Shown one piece after another: positions 8,068-17,817 of a DNA stretch of 64,000 nucleotides. Each line of letters begins with the position of its first letter. Position 1 is the first letter of the stretch. Location: assembly GCA_964585855.1 (NCBI GenBank), contig CAZPFK010000003.1, positions 22,092 to 86,091 on the forward strand. Direction: 5' to 3'. The translations under genes and the position numbers were made by a program. The DNA comes from an uncultured Vicinamibacteraceae bacterium. GTDB lineage: Bacteria; Planctomycetota; Phycisphaerae; Phycisphaerales; UBA5793. The notes beneath the pieces were generated by a model that searched no databases, had not been told where the DNA came from, and worked only from the letters and a program-made list of their open reading frames with translations.

Positions 8068-9372
8068 TCACAGATTCTTGCTGCGGACGACGCCGCCCAC
8101 GATCACTCCGGCGATTGCGGCCTTCACCTTCGTCCCGAAGAACGGGGTGTTGTTGGACTTCCCGGCCAGACAGGCCTCGGTGATCGTCCAGGGCCGGTCG
8201 GGGGCGATGAGGGTGACGTCGGCCGCCGAACCGGGGGCCAGCGACCCGAGCCGGTGGGGCGGTGCGTCGAGGCGACAGAGCCGGGCCGGATTGATGGTCA
8301 TGAGCCTGATGAGAGCCGGCCAGTCGATCAGGCCGGTCTCGATCAACGCCTTTGCGTAAAGGGGCAGGGCGGTCTCCAGTCCGATGATGCCGAAGGGGGC
8401 GTGGTCGAACTCGAGGGCCTTGCGCTGGCGGGTGTGGGGGGCGTGGTCGGTGGCGAGTATGGTGATGGTTCCGTCTGCAACCCCGAGCTGCACGGCCTTG
8501 ACGTCCTCGAGCCGTCGCAGGGGTGGGTTCATCTTGGCCGCAGTGTTGTAGCCCTCGCAGGCCTCCTCGGTCAGCAGCAGGTGGTGCGGACTGGCCTCGG
8601 CGGTCACTGGCAGTCCCTCCTGGCGCGCCCGGCGGACAACCTCCACAGATTCCGCCGCCGAGATGTGCTGCACGTGATAGCGGCAGCCGATGTCGCCGTT
8701 GAGGCGGATGTCGCGCTCGATCATCAGCGTTTCGGCCACGCTCGGCCAGCCGGTCAGCCCCATCCGCAGGGCGACGGGGCCGGCGTTCATCACCGAGCCG
8801 ACCGTCAGCGTCGGCTCCTGGCAGTGCTGCATCATGACTGAACCGGTTTCGGCGATCGCCTCGAAGGCCCGCCGCTGAAGTCCCGCAGAGGCGACCCCGT
8901 CTCCGTCGTCAGAGAAGGCCACTGCGCCGGCATCATTCATCAGGCCGATCTCGGCCAGTTCAGCGCCCTTTCGGCCGACGCTGACGGCGCCAACGGCAAA
9001 GACGCGGCACAGCGCAGACCGCTCCGCCCTGGCGCGGACGTATTCGATCATCTCCGGGCTGTCGAGCGTGGGAGTCGTGTTCGGCATGCAGCAGACGGTG
9101 GTGAAGCCGCCGGCAATCGCCGCATTGGACCCGGACTCGATGGTTTCGGCCTCAGGCGCACCGGGGTCGCGCAGATGCACATGCGGATCGATCAACCCCG
9201 GGGAGACGATCAGGCCGCGAGCGTCGATCACCTCATCCTCGGGGCCGGCATTCGCGCTGCCGGGCTCAGTGAGCGACTCCACGCGCCCATCGGCGAGCAC
9301 GAGATCGGCGACCTTATCGATGTCTGAGGCGGGATCGATGACCCGGCCGGACTTGATGACGATGCGTTTCAG
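8068..9372 (-). CDS. pyrC: Dihydroorotase
   Basis: Motif VSPGLIDPHVHLRDPG and overall collinearity support dihydroorotase. The ORF-track start is the GTG at 9300. However, the in-frame upstream codons encode LKRIVIKSGRVIDPASDIDKVADLV, which looks like the conserved DHOase N-terminus. That points to a CTG start at 9372 overlapping the upstream stop (CTGA). The start is uncertain (9300 vs 9372). Confidence 0.85.
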   Translation of the reverse strand: MKRIVIKSGRVIDPASDIDKVADLVLADGRVESLTEPGSANAGPEDEVIDARGLIVSPGLIDPHVHLRDPGAPEAETIESGSNAAIAGGFTTVCCMPNTTPTLDSPEMIEYVRARAERSALCRVFAVGAVSVGRKGAELAEIGLMNDAGAVAFSDDGDGVASAGLQRRAFEAIAETGSVMMQHCQEPTLTVGSVMNAGPVALRMGLTGWPSVAETLMIERDIRLNGDIGCRYHVQHISAAESVEVVRRARQEGLPVTAEASPHHLLLTEEACEGYNTAAKMNPPLRRLEDVKAVQLGVADGTITILATDHAPHTRQRKALEFDHAPFGIIGLETALPLYAKALIETGLIDWPALIRLMTINPARLCRLDAPPHRLGSLAPGSAADVTLIAPDRPWTITEACLAGKSNNTPFFGTKVKAAIAGVIVGGVVRSKNL

Positions 9373-9986
9373 GGTTCACCTCCATCCGCAGCCACGGGTT
9401 GGTGCGAACCATAGGCGAGAGGGGCGGAGTCGCGGTCAGGGCGCGCCAGCCACTCGTTTCGCAGAATGCCCCAGACGACTTCGTCGACGCGCTTTCCCTG
9501 GATCAGGTAGTGCTGCCGCAATACGCCCTCGCGCTGGAAGCCCAGCGCGGCCGCCAGCCGGCACGATCGATCGTTTGCGTGATGGATGAGGGCAAAGAGC
9601 CGCTCCATGCGGGATTCACGGAAGGCGTGGTCGCACAGGCGGGAGACAGCCGCGCGGCCGATGCCCTGCCCCTGGCGCAGCGGCGCGACCTGGTAGCCGA
9701 TCTCAGCATGCCGCATCATCCACGAGGGCTTGGCGCTGACAGTTCCGACGGGCTCTTTTCCACAGAGGATGATCCATCGACAGTCGCGGGAGGCCTCATC
9801 GGTCAACGTTCCGCCGCAGCGGGAGAGCTTCTGCGCCAGATCGCGTTCGCCGAGCAGCTGGTAGGGGTTCATCGCCTGCGCCTGCGGGTCGCTCCGCCAG
9901 GCCAGCAGCAGGGGGGCGTGCTCCGGGCGGGCGGGAATGAGCCGAACGTCGGGGAGGCGCCGGGGCTGTGCCGATGCATGGGTCAT
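9369..9986 (-). CDS. GNAT family N-acetyltransferase (RimJ/RimL-like)
   Basis: The acetyl-CoA-binding region is QVAPLRQGQGIGRAAV (Q/RxxGxG/A motif). Length and layout are typical of GNAT proteins. It has a 4-nt overlap with the upstream gene. Confidence 0.75.
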   Translation of the reverse strand: MTHASAQPRRLPDVRLIPARPEHAPLLLAWRSDPQAQAMNPYQLLGERDLAQKLSRCGGTLTDEASRDCRWIILCGKEPVGTVSAKPSWMMRHAEIGYQVAPLRQGQGIGRAAVSRLCDHAFRESRMERLFALIHHANDRSCRLAAALGFQREGVLRQHYLIQGKRVDEVVWGILRNEWLARPDRDSAPLAYGSHQPVAADGGEP

Positions 9987-12451
9987 GGCGTGGGCGGCTC
10001 CGCGAGTCGGCGTTCAATGGTGCGGACCTCGGAGTCGGTCAGCCCCTTGAGGGGGTCGAGGCGAAGGTTGGCGTTGAGGTCGAGCGTGCGGCGATACCAC
10101 GCAATGGCCTCGTCGGTCTGACCGGCGGCATCGAGTAATTCCGCAAGTCGGTGGGCGGTCGCGACGCCATAGGGATCGAGCGCTGCGGCCTGCTTCTGCA
10201 GGGCCACGGCGTGCTCCATCCGCCCGGCGAGGGGGTTGAAGCCGTGGGCATCCCGCAGCACGAGTGCGGCGAAAGCAAGGTCGGCAGAATCGCCGGGCCT
10301 GCGGGCGGCCAGTCGCAGCGCGGCCTCGACGGCGCGGGCGGCGTGTTGTTCGGGGTCGCCCATTTCGGCATCCTGCCGAGCGATCAGGGCGTGCTGCATG
10401 TGAAGGCGTGCCATGACCCGGATCGCCATTGATTCATCGATGAGCGTCTCCGACGCACGTTCCAGTTCAGAGATCGCCTGGGGAATTGCAGTTGCGGCCA
10501 GCCGGCGTCGGGTGGCGTCGAGGCGTGTTGCGGCCTCACCCAGCAGCGTTGTGAGGCGGCGACTGTCATTGGCTGCGACGGCCGATTCGGCTTCGCGCAG
10601 GAGGCCGGCGACATTGGCATCGACTCCGGCCGAGGCGGCGATCTCCGATGCTTCCCTGAGCGTGTCGATGCGCTGCTGCGGCGCGACGTCAGCGGCGGCC
10701 TGTGAGAGTCGATACTGCACCGCTCCGACGGGGACGAGGACCTGCTGCGCGGCTGAGGCGTGTCGTTCGTGCTTCAGCACCGGTTGCAGTGCGGCGACTC
10801 CCGCCAGGGCGACCACCGCGACAAGGAGGCCTGTCAATCCCAGGTCGAGCGTCCGGTTGCCGCGCGGCAGCGGCTGGGATGGAAGCCGTGCAGCGGCCGT
10901 GCCGATCAGGAACATGGCAGCGGCGGCGGAGGCGGGCTGAGTGAAGGTCATCTCAATCTGCCCGTGAACGGCGAGGACGACCAGGCCGGCCCAGACTGCC
11001 CATCGCAGCGACATGAGCGAGGATTCGCGCGCCAGCCAGGGGAGCAGCGCGATGGCCAGCGCGAAGGCGAGCATGGCCATCGGCCACCAGAGGAGGCGAA
11101 AGTCGATCATCATCGACTCGCGGTTGAGAATCCATCCGGTAAGGGCCACCACACCGGCGATCCCGAGCGCCGGGAGCCAGTCGGCTCGTGTCATTGAAGA
11201 TGTCGGCTCCCCGGTCGGGCTTGCCTGATCCGGGGTGCGATTCTCGCCACGGTGCTCCAACACGGCCGGCCAGGAGGGGGAGGCGCGGCGCAGCAGCAGC
11301 CACCACAGGGCCGCCCAGAAGAGCCCGGCAGCGCCGAGGCAGGCGATCCAGGCGATCAGAACGTTGTGCGGATCGGCGACTTCCTCGGGGCTCAGCGGCG
11401 GCTTGTGCAGGAGGTAGGCGCTCTTGAAACCGGCCGGTCCGACGCCGGTCATCCAGTGGTCCTGCAGCATGGAGGCGGCGCCCTGCCAGTAGTGCCAGCG
11501 GAAGAGAAGGCTGTAACCGTCGGCGGTGATCCGCTCACCTGCAAGTCCTCGACCGACCACGGCAGCCAGCGCCACAACGACAAGGGCCAGAGTGAGTGCG
11601 AAGGTGCGCGTGCGGGCGCGGCGGCGCCAGCGCTTCGGAAGCAGCACCGCCACGGAGAGGCCGATGCCGATCAGCCCCGCCCCGATAGCGCCTTTGGAGA
11701 AGCTCATCGTCAGCCCCGCCAGTGCGAGGCCCGCAATGAGGCCGACGACGCCGATCCATCCGCTGCTGAGGCGCGAACGGGCTGCGGCGAGCGTCAACCC
11801 GATCCACGCCGCCGCCAGAGCGGCCATCATCGAGCCGTAGACATTGGCCAGGCCGAACCATCCCGTCGCCTCGGCCTGCGTGAGCCGGCGGACATAGAGG
11901 CGGGCGCTGGCGGAGTCGGCGCTCCAGCCGTGGCCGGCGAGGATGGCCGCCTGGTTGCGTTCAAACTCCTCGACGGTGAAGGCGTGTTCCACGGTGAACT
12001 GGTAAATGCCCTTGACGGCCAGCGGCAGGGCCAGGGCCAGCAATGCTCCGGCGGCAAGTAGCCGCAGGCGCATCTCCCGCGCCAGGTGGGCGATGCCGAC
12101 GGCTCCGAAGACGGCTGCGCTCCAGGCGAGTGTCAGGCGAGTGTGGTCCAGGGAGTGCTCCCAGGTCAGCACCGCGACAATTGCCGGCAGCAGCGCGAGT
12201 GCCACGAGCGGACGCTCCAGCGGCCGGCCGCGCAGGCATTCATGGAGCAGGGCCGCCGCAGCGCCAAGCAGCACGAGGATGTCGAGCGTGGCAGAACCGG
12301 CCGGGCCGAGGCCGTCGGGTGGCGTGGGAAAGTAGAGCGGGTCGGTGGCGAAGTAGAGCGTCGGGCTGAGGATGGTTACGCAGCGGACCAGCGCCGGCAG
12401 CAGTATGGCCAGCAGCGCCGCCCACTTGAGGATGTGCAGGGCCCGGCTCAT
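9983..12451 (-). CDS. O-antigen ligase (Wzy_C/WaaL-like) polytopic membrane protein fused to a C-terminal TPR domain
   Basis: About 12 hydrophobic helices with a periplasmic-loop motif (DPHNVLIAWIACLGAAGLF, the HNxxL type). The C-terminal ~300 aa is helical repeat (AIAWYRRTLDLNANLRLDP). Confidence 0.7.
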   Translation of the reverse strand: MSRALHILKWAALLAILLPALVRCVTILSPTLYFATDPLYFPTPPDGLGPAGSATLDILVLLGAAAALLHECLRGRPLERPLVALALLPAIVAVLTWEHSLDHTRLTLAWSAAVFGAVGIAHLAREMRLRLLAAGALLALALPLAVKGIYQFTVEHAFTVEEFERNQAAILAGHGWSADSASARLYVRRLTQAEATGWFGLANVYGSMMAALAAAWIGLTLAAARSRLSSGWIGVVGLIAGLALAGLTMSFSKGAIGAGLIGIGLSVAVLLPKRWRRRARTRTFALTLALVVVALAAVVGRGLAGERITADGYSLLFRWHYWQGAASMLQDHWMTGVGPAGFKSAYLLHKPPLSPEEVADPHNVLIAWIACLGAAGLFWAALWWLLLRRASPSWPAVLEHRGENRTPDQASPTGEPTSSMTRADWLPALGIAGVVALTGWILNRESMMIDFRLLWWPMAMLAFALAIALLPWLARESSLMSLRWAVWAGLVVLAVHGQIEMTFTQPASAAAAMFLIGTAAARLPSQPLPRGNRTLDLGLTGLLVAVVALAGVAALQPVLKHERHASAAQQVLVPVGAVQYRLSQAAADVAPQQRIDTLREASEIAASAGVDANVAGLLREAESAVAANDSRRLTTLLGEAATRLDATRRRLAATAIPQAISELERASETLIDESMAIRVMARLHMQHALIARQDAEMGDPEQHAARAVEAALRLAARRPGDSADLAFAALVLRDAHGFNPLAGRMEHAVALQKQAAALDPYGVATAHRLAELLDAAGQTDEAIAWYRRTLDLNANLRLDPLKGLTDSEVRTIERRLAEPPTP

Positions 12452-13557
12452 CGTGTCTCCGCCGGGTTTCGCAATGCGAACTCGTAGAGCGCCATCACCA
12501 GGAGCAGCACGATGGTCTGCACGCCGATCAGCATCGCCTGCCAGCCGGAGACGCCCGCGAGGATGATGCCGCCGATTCCGGTCGCGGCGGTGAGGCCGTA
12601 GATGACCAGGACGGCGTCGCGCCGGGAGAGGCCGCGCTGAACGAGGCGGTGGGAGAAGTGCTGCTGATCGCCGACCATGGGGTTGCGTCCCTGGGAGAGT
12701 CGGAGCCAGACGACGGTGGCGAAGTCATAGAGGGGAACAGCGAGAATCACCAGCGGCATGAAAACGGCGTACCACGCGGCATCATCCCCGCCGAGGTACG
12801 TCGTGCGCACGGTCAGAAAGGCCAGCAGGAATCCGACGACGGTGGAGCCCGCATCGCCCATGAAGACGGTTGCGGGAGGAAAGTTGTAACAGAGGAAGGC
12901 GATCAGCGCCCCGACAAGTACAGCCAGCATCGCCGCGACAAACCACTGGCCGTTGATCAGTGCGGCCGTGAGGAAGAGCGTGGCGGAGATCGCGGCGACT
13001 CCGCCGGCCAGGCCGTCCATGTTGTCGATGAAGTTGAGGGCGTTGGTGACGACGACAAACCACAGGGCGGTGATGACGATCGAGGGCCAGGGGGCCAGCG
13101 GCAGGACGCCGTCCAGAAGGGTGAGCAGGCGGGTTTCCGTGAGATACGCCAGTGTCGCGGCCAGAGCGATCTGCACCATCAGCTTCGTCCACGGGCCGAG
13201 GGAAAGGCGATCGTCGGCCAGGCCGAGTGCGTGCAGGGCCGCCATCGCGGCAAGCAGCCAGAAGGCGGTGGGCGATTCGGCGATGATGCCGGGGCGGTGC
13301 TCTGCCAGTGCGGGAAGGAAGCGGTCGAGCGTCTCACCGCGAGCCAGGAGGATTCCCGCCAGCACTGGAATCACGACGGCCCAGAAGATGCCGATGCCGC
13401 CGACGGTGGGGATCGGCCGGATCTCCGGCTTGTGATGTCCGGCCGCACCGGGCCGGTCGACCAGACCTATTGGCGCGGCAAGGCGGCTCATCAGCGCTGT
13501 CAGCACGACGCCGATTATGAAGGCAATGGCCGTCAGCAGAAGAATGGCGGAGATCAC
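12448..13557 (-). CDS. Polyprenyl-phosphate N-acetylhexosamine-1-phosphate transferase (MraY/WecA, glycosyltransferase family 4)
   Basis: Motifs NALNFIDNMDGLAGG and FMGDAGS are present. I prefer the GTG start at 13557 (VISAILLLTAIAF...) because the ORF-track start at 13650 would overlap the upstream YeaQ-like gene. Confidence 0.8.
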   Translation of the reverse strand: MISAILLLTAIAFIIGVVLTALMSRLAAPIGLVDRPGAAGHHKPEIRPIPTVGGIGIFWAVVIPVLAGILLARGETLDRFLPALAEHRPGIIAESPTAFWLLAAMAALHALGLADDRLSLGPWTKLMVQIALAATLAYLTETRLLTLLDGVLPLAPWPSIVITALWFVVVTNALNFIDNMDGLAGGVAAISATLFLTAALINGQWFVAAMLAVLVGALIAFLCYNFPPATVFMGDAGSTVVGFLLAFLTVRTTYLGGDDAAWYAVFMPLVILAVPLYDFATVVWLRLSQGRNPMVGDQQHFSHRLVQRGLSRRDAVLVIYGLTAATGIGGIILAGVSGWQAMLIGVQTIVLLLVMALYEFALRNPAETR

Positions 13558-13576
13558 GGGCCAATCGTAACCGTGT

Positions 13577-13822
13577 TCAGCGCTTCCGCTGGATGTACCC
13601 GGCGATGATGAGCAGCAGGACCGCTCCCACGAAGGCGGAGATGAGTTCACCCAGAATGCCGGTGGTGGTGAAGCCCAGCAGGCCGAAGACGAAGCCTCCG
13701 ATCACGGCCCCGACGATGCCGACGATCAGGTTCCCGAGAATGCCGAAGCCGCCGCCCTTGAGGGCCAGTCCGGCAAGCCACCCTGCAACCGCGCCGATGA
13801 TGAGGAAGTAGAGGAGATCCAT
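13577..13822 (-). CDS. GlsB/YeaQ/YmgE family small membrane protein (transglycosylase-associated)
   Basis: 81-aa product MDLLYFLIIGAVAGWLAGLALKGGGFGILGNLIVGIVGAVIGGFVFGLLG..., a typical Gly-zipper family sequence. The ATG at 13822 lies inside the longer track ORF. Confidence 0.8.
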   Translation of the reverse strand: MDLLYFLIIGAVAGWLAGLALKGGGFGILGNLIVGIVGAVIGGFVFGLLGFTTTGILGELISAFVGAVLLLIIAGYIQRKR

Positions 13823-13913
13823 GCTGCGTTGCCATCCTTGAAGTGGAGGAAGATTCACTTCGACGCCACAACCGTTATGCCCGATCCGGCCCGGATTGTC
13901 AAGCGATGCGGAT

Positions 13914-15701
13914 TCACTTTCGAGGATTGTGCGACGACCACCCGGCCGGTCGTCCACCCTTGCGGGGGTCACTTGACGCGACGTAGCCCTCCTCGGTGCG
14001 CACGATCATCTGCACGACGGCAAGCGAGGGTTCCCGCCGGATCGTGTGTCCGCGTGCTTCAAGGTCGGCAATGACGCCGGGCTCACTCCAGGCCTCCTCA
14101 ATCAGCAACAGATCAGGCATCCACTGATGATGTACGCGCGCTCGGCTGACGGCCTGTGATGCGGATTCCTCGAAGATCAGCGCGTGCAGGAGCGCCTGAA
14201 GGGTGGCGCTGATGATTCTCGGCCCGCCGGAGGCCCCGGCGACCGCCTCCACGCGACCCTCTGCATCCAGCACGATCGTCGGCGACATGCTGGAGAGCGG
14301 CCGCTTGCCGGAGGCGGGGGCGTTTCGATCGGACTGGGTGAGGCCGAAGGCGTTGGGCACGCCGGGCCGGGCGGCGAAGTCGTCGAGTTGATTGTTCATG
14401 AGGAAGCCGTACTCAGGGATGGCCAGCAGCGAGCCGAACTCGAGGTTGACCGTTTCCGTGCAGGCCACGGCATTGCCCCAGCGGTCAACGACGGAGAAGT
14501 GGCTGGTGCCGGCGTCGTCACGGGGTGCGAACTCGACGGCTCCATAGTCCTGCGGTGAGAGCGTGCGCTGCGGGTCGAAGCGGGCGGCCATGGCGTCGAG
14601 GTGTTCTTCGGAGAGGAGGCGGTTCAGCGGCACATCGGCCATCGCATCGTCGCCAAGCCAGCGGGAGCGGTCGGCATAGGCGTGCTTCATCGCCTCGACG
14701 AGCAGGTGAAGCCAGGCGGCATCCTGGGGCGAAGACCCGATGAGCGATTCGTGCCGCTCGATGACACCCAGCGCCTGGAGCATTGCGACGCCGCCGCTGG
14801 AGGGCGGAGGCATCGTCAGCCAGGTGCGCCCGAGGCGCTGGGCGGCGAGCGGTTTGCCGGTGCGGACCTGGTATTGGGAGAGGTCGCCGGGGCCGAAGGT
14901 CGGGCAGGCGCGGCGGATGGCCAGCGCAATCTCGCCGGTGTAGAAGACGGGTTCGCCGAACCGCGCAAGCAGCCGGAGTGTTTGCGCGAGTTCGGGCTGC
15001 CGCAGCGTGTTTCCCTCGGAGGGGGTTCCCGCAAACAGGAAGCGTTCCCAGAGGAACTCAAAGGCCTCATCGCCGAGCCGCTCACGGATACTGGGGTCGG
15101 CCTCGATGCGTGCGATTACCCGTTGTGCGGCGCTGACGTAGGAGGCGTCAATGGCGAAACCCCCTTCGGCCACCTCGATGGCCGGGGCGAGCACGACTTC
15201 CCGGTCCAGCGTGCCGTAGAGGTCCAGCGCCAGCAGCAGGCCGGCGACGGTGCCCGGCACGCCTGAGGCGGTGTGACCGAGCGTGCTGGAGCGGCCCGGC
15301 TCTTGGGTAGCGAAGAAGTCGGGTGTCACGGCCGAGGGCGCGGTCTCGCGGTAGTTGACCACCGCGCTCATCGCCGCCGTCTCCCCCTCGGCGGGCATGT
15401 GCACGACCATGAAGCCGCCGCCGCCGATGCCGCAGCTCTCGGGTCGAACGACTGCGAGTGCAAATGAGGTCGCTACGGCGGCATCCACGGCGTTGCCCCC
15501 GCGCTGCAGCATGGCAAGGCCGGCCCGGGAGGCGATGGGGTGATCGGCGGCAACCACACCGAGGTCGAAGGCGGTGTCAGCCGGATACTCCTGCGGCGGC
15601 GCAAGTGTTGAGTACGAGGAAGCACAACCGGCGGCAGACAGCAGGGCCGCAATGGCGAGTCCGATCGGAATTGCGGCGAGGAAGCGGCGGGGTGAGAGCA
15701 T
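13914..15701 (-). CDS. ggt: Gamma-glutamyltransferase
   Basis: It has a signal/lipobox-like N-terminus (LLSAAGCAS), the autoprocessing site DDAGTSHFSVVD, and GASGGPRIISA near the C-terminus. Confidence 0.9.
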   Translation of the reverse strand: MLSPRRFLAAIPIGLAIAALLSAAGCASSYSTLAPPQEYPADTAFDLGVVAADHPIASRAGLAMLQRGGNAVDAAVATSFALAVVRPESCGIGGGGFMVVHMPAEGETAAMSAVVNYRETAPSAVTPDFFATQEPGRSSTLGHTASGVPGTVAGLLLALDLYGTLDREVVLAPAIEVAEGGFAIDASYVSAAQRVIARIEADPSIRERLGDEAFEFLWERFLFAGTPSEGNTLRQPELAQTLRLLARFGEPVFYTGEIALAIRRACPTFGPGDLSQYQVRTGKPLAAQRLGRTWLTMPPPSSGGVAMLQALGVIERHESLIGSSPQDAAWLHLLVEAMKHAYADRSRWLGDDAMADVPLNRLLSEEHLDAMAARFDPQRTLSPQDYGAVEFAPRDDAGTSHFSVVDRWGNAVACTETVNLEFGSLLAIPEYGFLMNNQLDDFAARPGVPNAFGLTQSDRNAPASGKRPLSSMSPTIVLDAEGRVEAVAGASGGPRIISATLQALLHALIFEESASQAVSRARVHHQWMPDLLLIEEAWSEPGVIADLEARGHTIRREPSLAVVQMIVRTEEGYVASSDPRKGGRPAGWSSHNPRK

Positions 15702-15819
15702 GAATCCTCCATTTCAGGGCCGGTCGCAGCCGGTCGAGGCGGTGCATCGCATAGACTCTACCGGCTCCGGAACGCCGGGCGCACGGCCTGGCGCGAGTGA
15801 ATCCAGGGGAGGTCAGACG

Positions 15820-17655
15820 ATGATTACGCGCAAGATCGGAAAGATTCTGCGAGGCAAGACGACGCCGTTTCAGATCATTGCTGCGGCGGTGCTGGCGTGC
15901 ATGCTGGGGTTCGTGCCGTCGATCCGCACCTCGCCTGGCGCCGTCATCACGCTGGCGTCGCTGCTGATTGTGCTCAATGCGAACCTGTGGCTGGCGCTGA
16001 TTCTCGGAGCGGGGGCGAAGGTGCTCTCGTTGCTCCTGCTGCCGGTGTCGTTTACTGTGGGCCAGTGGCTGATCGAGGGGCCGACCCGGGGCCTCTTTGC
16101 CGCACTGGCTGAAGCGCCGATTCTGGCGTGGTTCGGTTTCGAGTACTATGCCACGACCGGCGGACTGGCCGTCGGCCTGCTCCTCGGAGCGGTCGTTGGT
16201 GTGGGTATCACGATGCTCGTGCAGCGCTTCCGCAGAAGAATGTCGCACCTGGAGCAGGGCTCCGAGAAGTTCAAGACCTTCACGGCCAAGCCGTGGGTGA
16301 AGGTGCTGACGTTCATCTTCGTCGGCAGCGGCCACGGCAAGATGACCTATGAGCAACTGATGCAGCGGCGAATCGGCAATCCCATCCGGATTCTCGGCGT
16401 CATCTTTGTCGCGCTGGTCGCTGGGCTTGGCTGGATCGCATCGGGATTCCTCGATGAACCGATTGTCACCACGACGGTCCAGAGCAACCTCCAGCGCGTG
16501 CACGGCGCGACGGTCGATCTCGAAGGGGCGGAGGTAAGTCTTTCGGACAATCGCATCACTCTGCGCGGTCTTGCCATGGCTGACCCGAACGACCTCCAGA
16601 AGGACCTCTTCCGCGCTGCGACGCTCTCGGCCGACCTCGGCGGCGTCGACCTGCTGCGCAAGCGACTGACCGTCGACCACTTCATCGTCTCTGACGCAGT
16701 CTCGGGAGCGCAGCGATCGTCACCCGGTGAGCGGTTCTCGGAGCCGGCCGAGCCCCCGCGTGAGGTCACGATTCCCGACGCGGAGACTCTGGAGGAATAC
16801 CTCCGCGATGCGCAGATCTGGAAGGACCGCCTGACGCAGATCTATGAGTGGCTGGAGACGGCAGCCGGGGAGCCGGAGCAGCCGGTCGATCCGTCCGCGC
16901 CGCAGGAGACGCTGCGGGAGCGGCTGGCGCGGGAGGCGGCCCAATTGGGCTATGCCTTCGTTCGCTCAGATACCCTCCGCGAAGAGGCCCCGACGCTGCT
17001 GGTCTCCCTGCTGGAGGTTGGCGGTCTCGTGGCCGAGCAGTGGGGGGGCGAGACGCTTGACATCCGGGCTGAGCACCTCTCAACCAATCCTGGTCTGATA
17101 CAGGAACGGCCGAGGATCACGATTGCCTCCCGTTCGGGGATGCTCAACGCAGAGGTGGTGATGGCAAGCGCTGCGTCGACAGAGAATCGCATCTCCCTGA
17201 TGCGGAAGGGCATGTCGGCCGATTCGCTCGCCTCTTCGCTGGTCCTGGCCGGGAGTGAGCCGATGCTCTCAGGCGGGACGGTTGATGCCCTGATCGAGGG
17301 AACCTTCGGCGCCGGCGGTGTGCTGGACCTGACGTTGACGGCAACGGTCCGGAACTCCACGCTTCGTATCCCGACGGGGGATTCGGCACAGGTGTCGGAG
17401 TTCATCCTTCCCATCCGTGTCGTCGGAACGGTCTATCAGCCGCGGATCCTCCTCGATGATGAGGCCCTGCGGACGGCCTTGGTGGATGCTGGGGCCCGGG
17501 CGCTGGCCGACAAGGCGCTGGGCGAGGCGACGAAGAAGATTCAGGAGGAGGTCGGCAAACAGCTGGGGGATGAACTCGGCGAGCAGATCGGCGAGGAGGG
17601 CGGCAAGCTGCTGGAGGGCATCTTCGGCGGCGACCGCAAAAAAGACGACAACTGA
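15820..17655 (+). CDS. Uncharacterised membrane protein: N-terminal multi-helix module plus a large C-terminal AsmA-like/extended domain
   Basis: The ATG at 15820 is preceded by GGGGAGG 7 nt upstream. The N-terminus is MITRKIGKILRGKTTPFQIIAAAVLACMLGFVP, followed by about 5 helices and then ~400 aa of soluble sequence with an acidic/Lys tail. From memory it resembles a fusion of the paired TIGR03546/TIGR03545 families; this is not verified. Confidence 0.5.
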   Translation: MITRKIGKILRGKTTPFQIIAAAVLACMLGFVPSIRTSPGAVITLASLLIVLNANLWLALILGAGAKVLSLLLLPVSFTVGQWLIEGPTRGLFAALAEAPILAWFGFEYYATTGGLAVGLLLGAVVGVGITMLVQRFRRRMSHLEQGSEKFKTFTAKPWVKVLTFIFVGSGHGKMTYEQLMQRRIGNPIRILGVIFVALVAGLGWIASGFLDEPIVTTTVQSNLQRVHGATVDLEGAEVSLSDNRITLRGLAMADPNDLQKDLFRAATLSADLGGVDLLRKRLTVDHFIVSDAVSGAQRSSPGERFSEPAEPPREVTIPDAETLEEYLRDAQIWKDRLTQIYEWLETAAGEPEQPVDPSAPQETLRERLAREAAQLGYAFVRSDTLREEAPTLLVSLLEVGGLVAEQWGGETLDIRAEHLSTNPGLIQERPRITIASRSGMLNAEVVMASAASTENRISLMRKGMSADSLASSLVLAGSEPMLSGGTVDALIEGTFGAGGVLDLTLTATVRNSTLRIPTGDSAQVSEFILPIRVVGTVYQPRILLDDEALRTALVDAGARALADKALGEATKKIQEEVGKQLGDELGEQIGEEGGKLLEGIFGGDRKKDDN

Positions 17656-17817
17656 GGCCCTTGAAGGCGCCGAACGGCCGGTGTTTTCTGGACGATTCCG
17701 CCGGTCTGACTATCCTTCCCACTCCGCACAGCAGGGGGCTTGGGGAGTCGGCGCCCCCTGATCAACACACGTCTGCCGAAGCACCCGCCCGGTTCGGGCC
17801 CTGGTAAAGCACCACGC

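Noticed and set aside
17656-17817. Possible glycine riboswitch upstream of gcvPA
   Set aside because: I looked for the conserved glycine-aptamer elements (GGAGAG ... ACCGAAGGGGCAA-type cores) on the plus strand and did not find them. Only a generic GC hairpin (AGGGGGC...GCCCCCT) is present.
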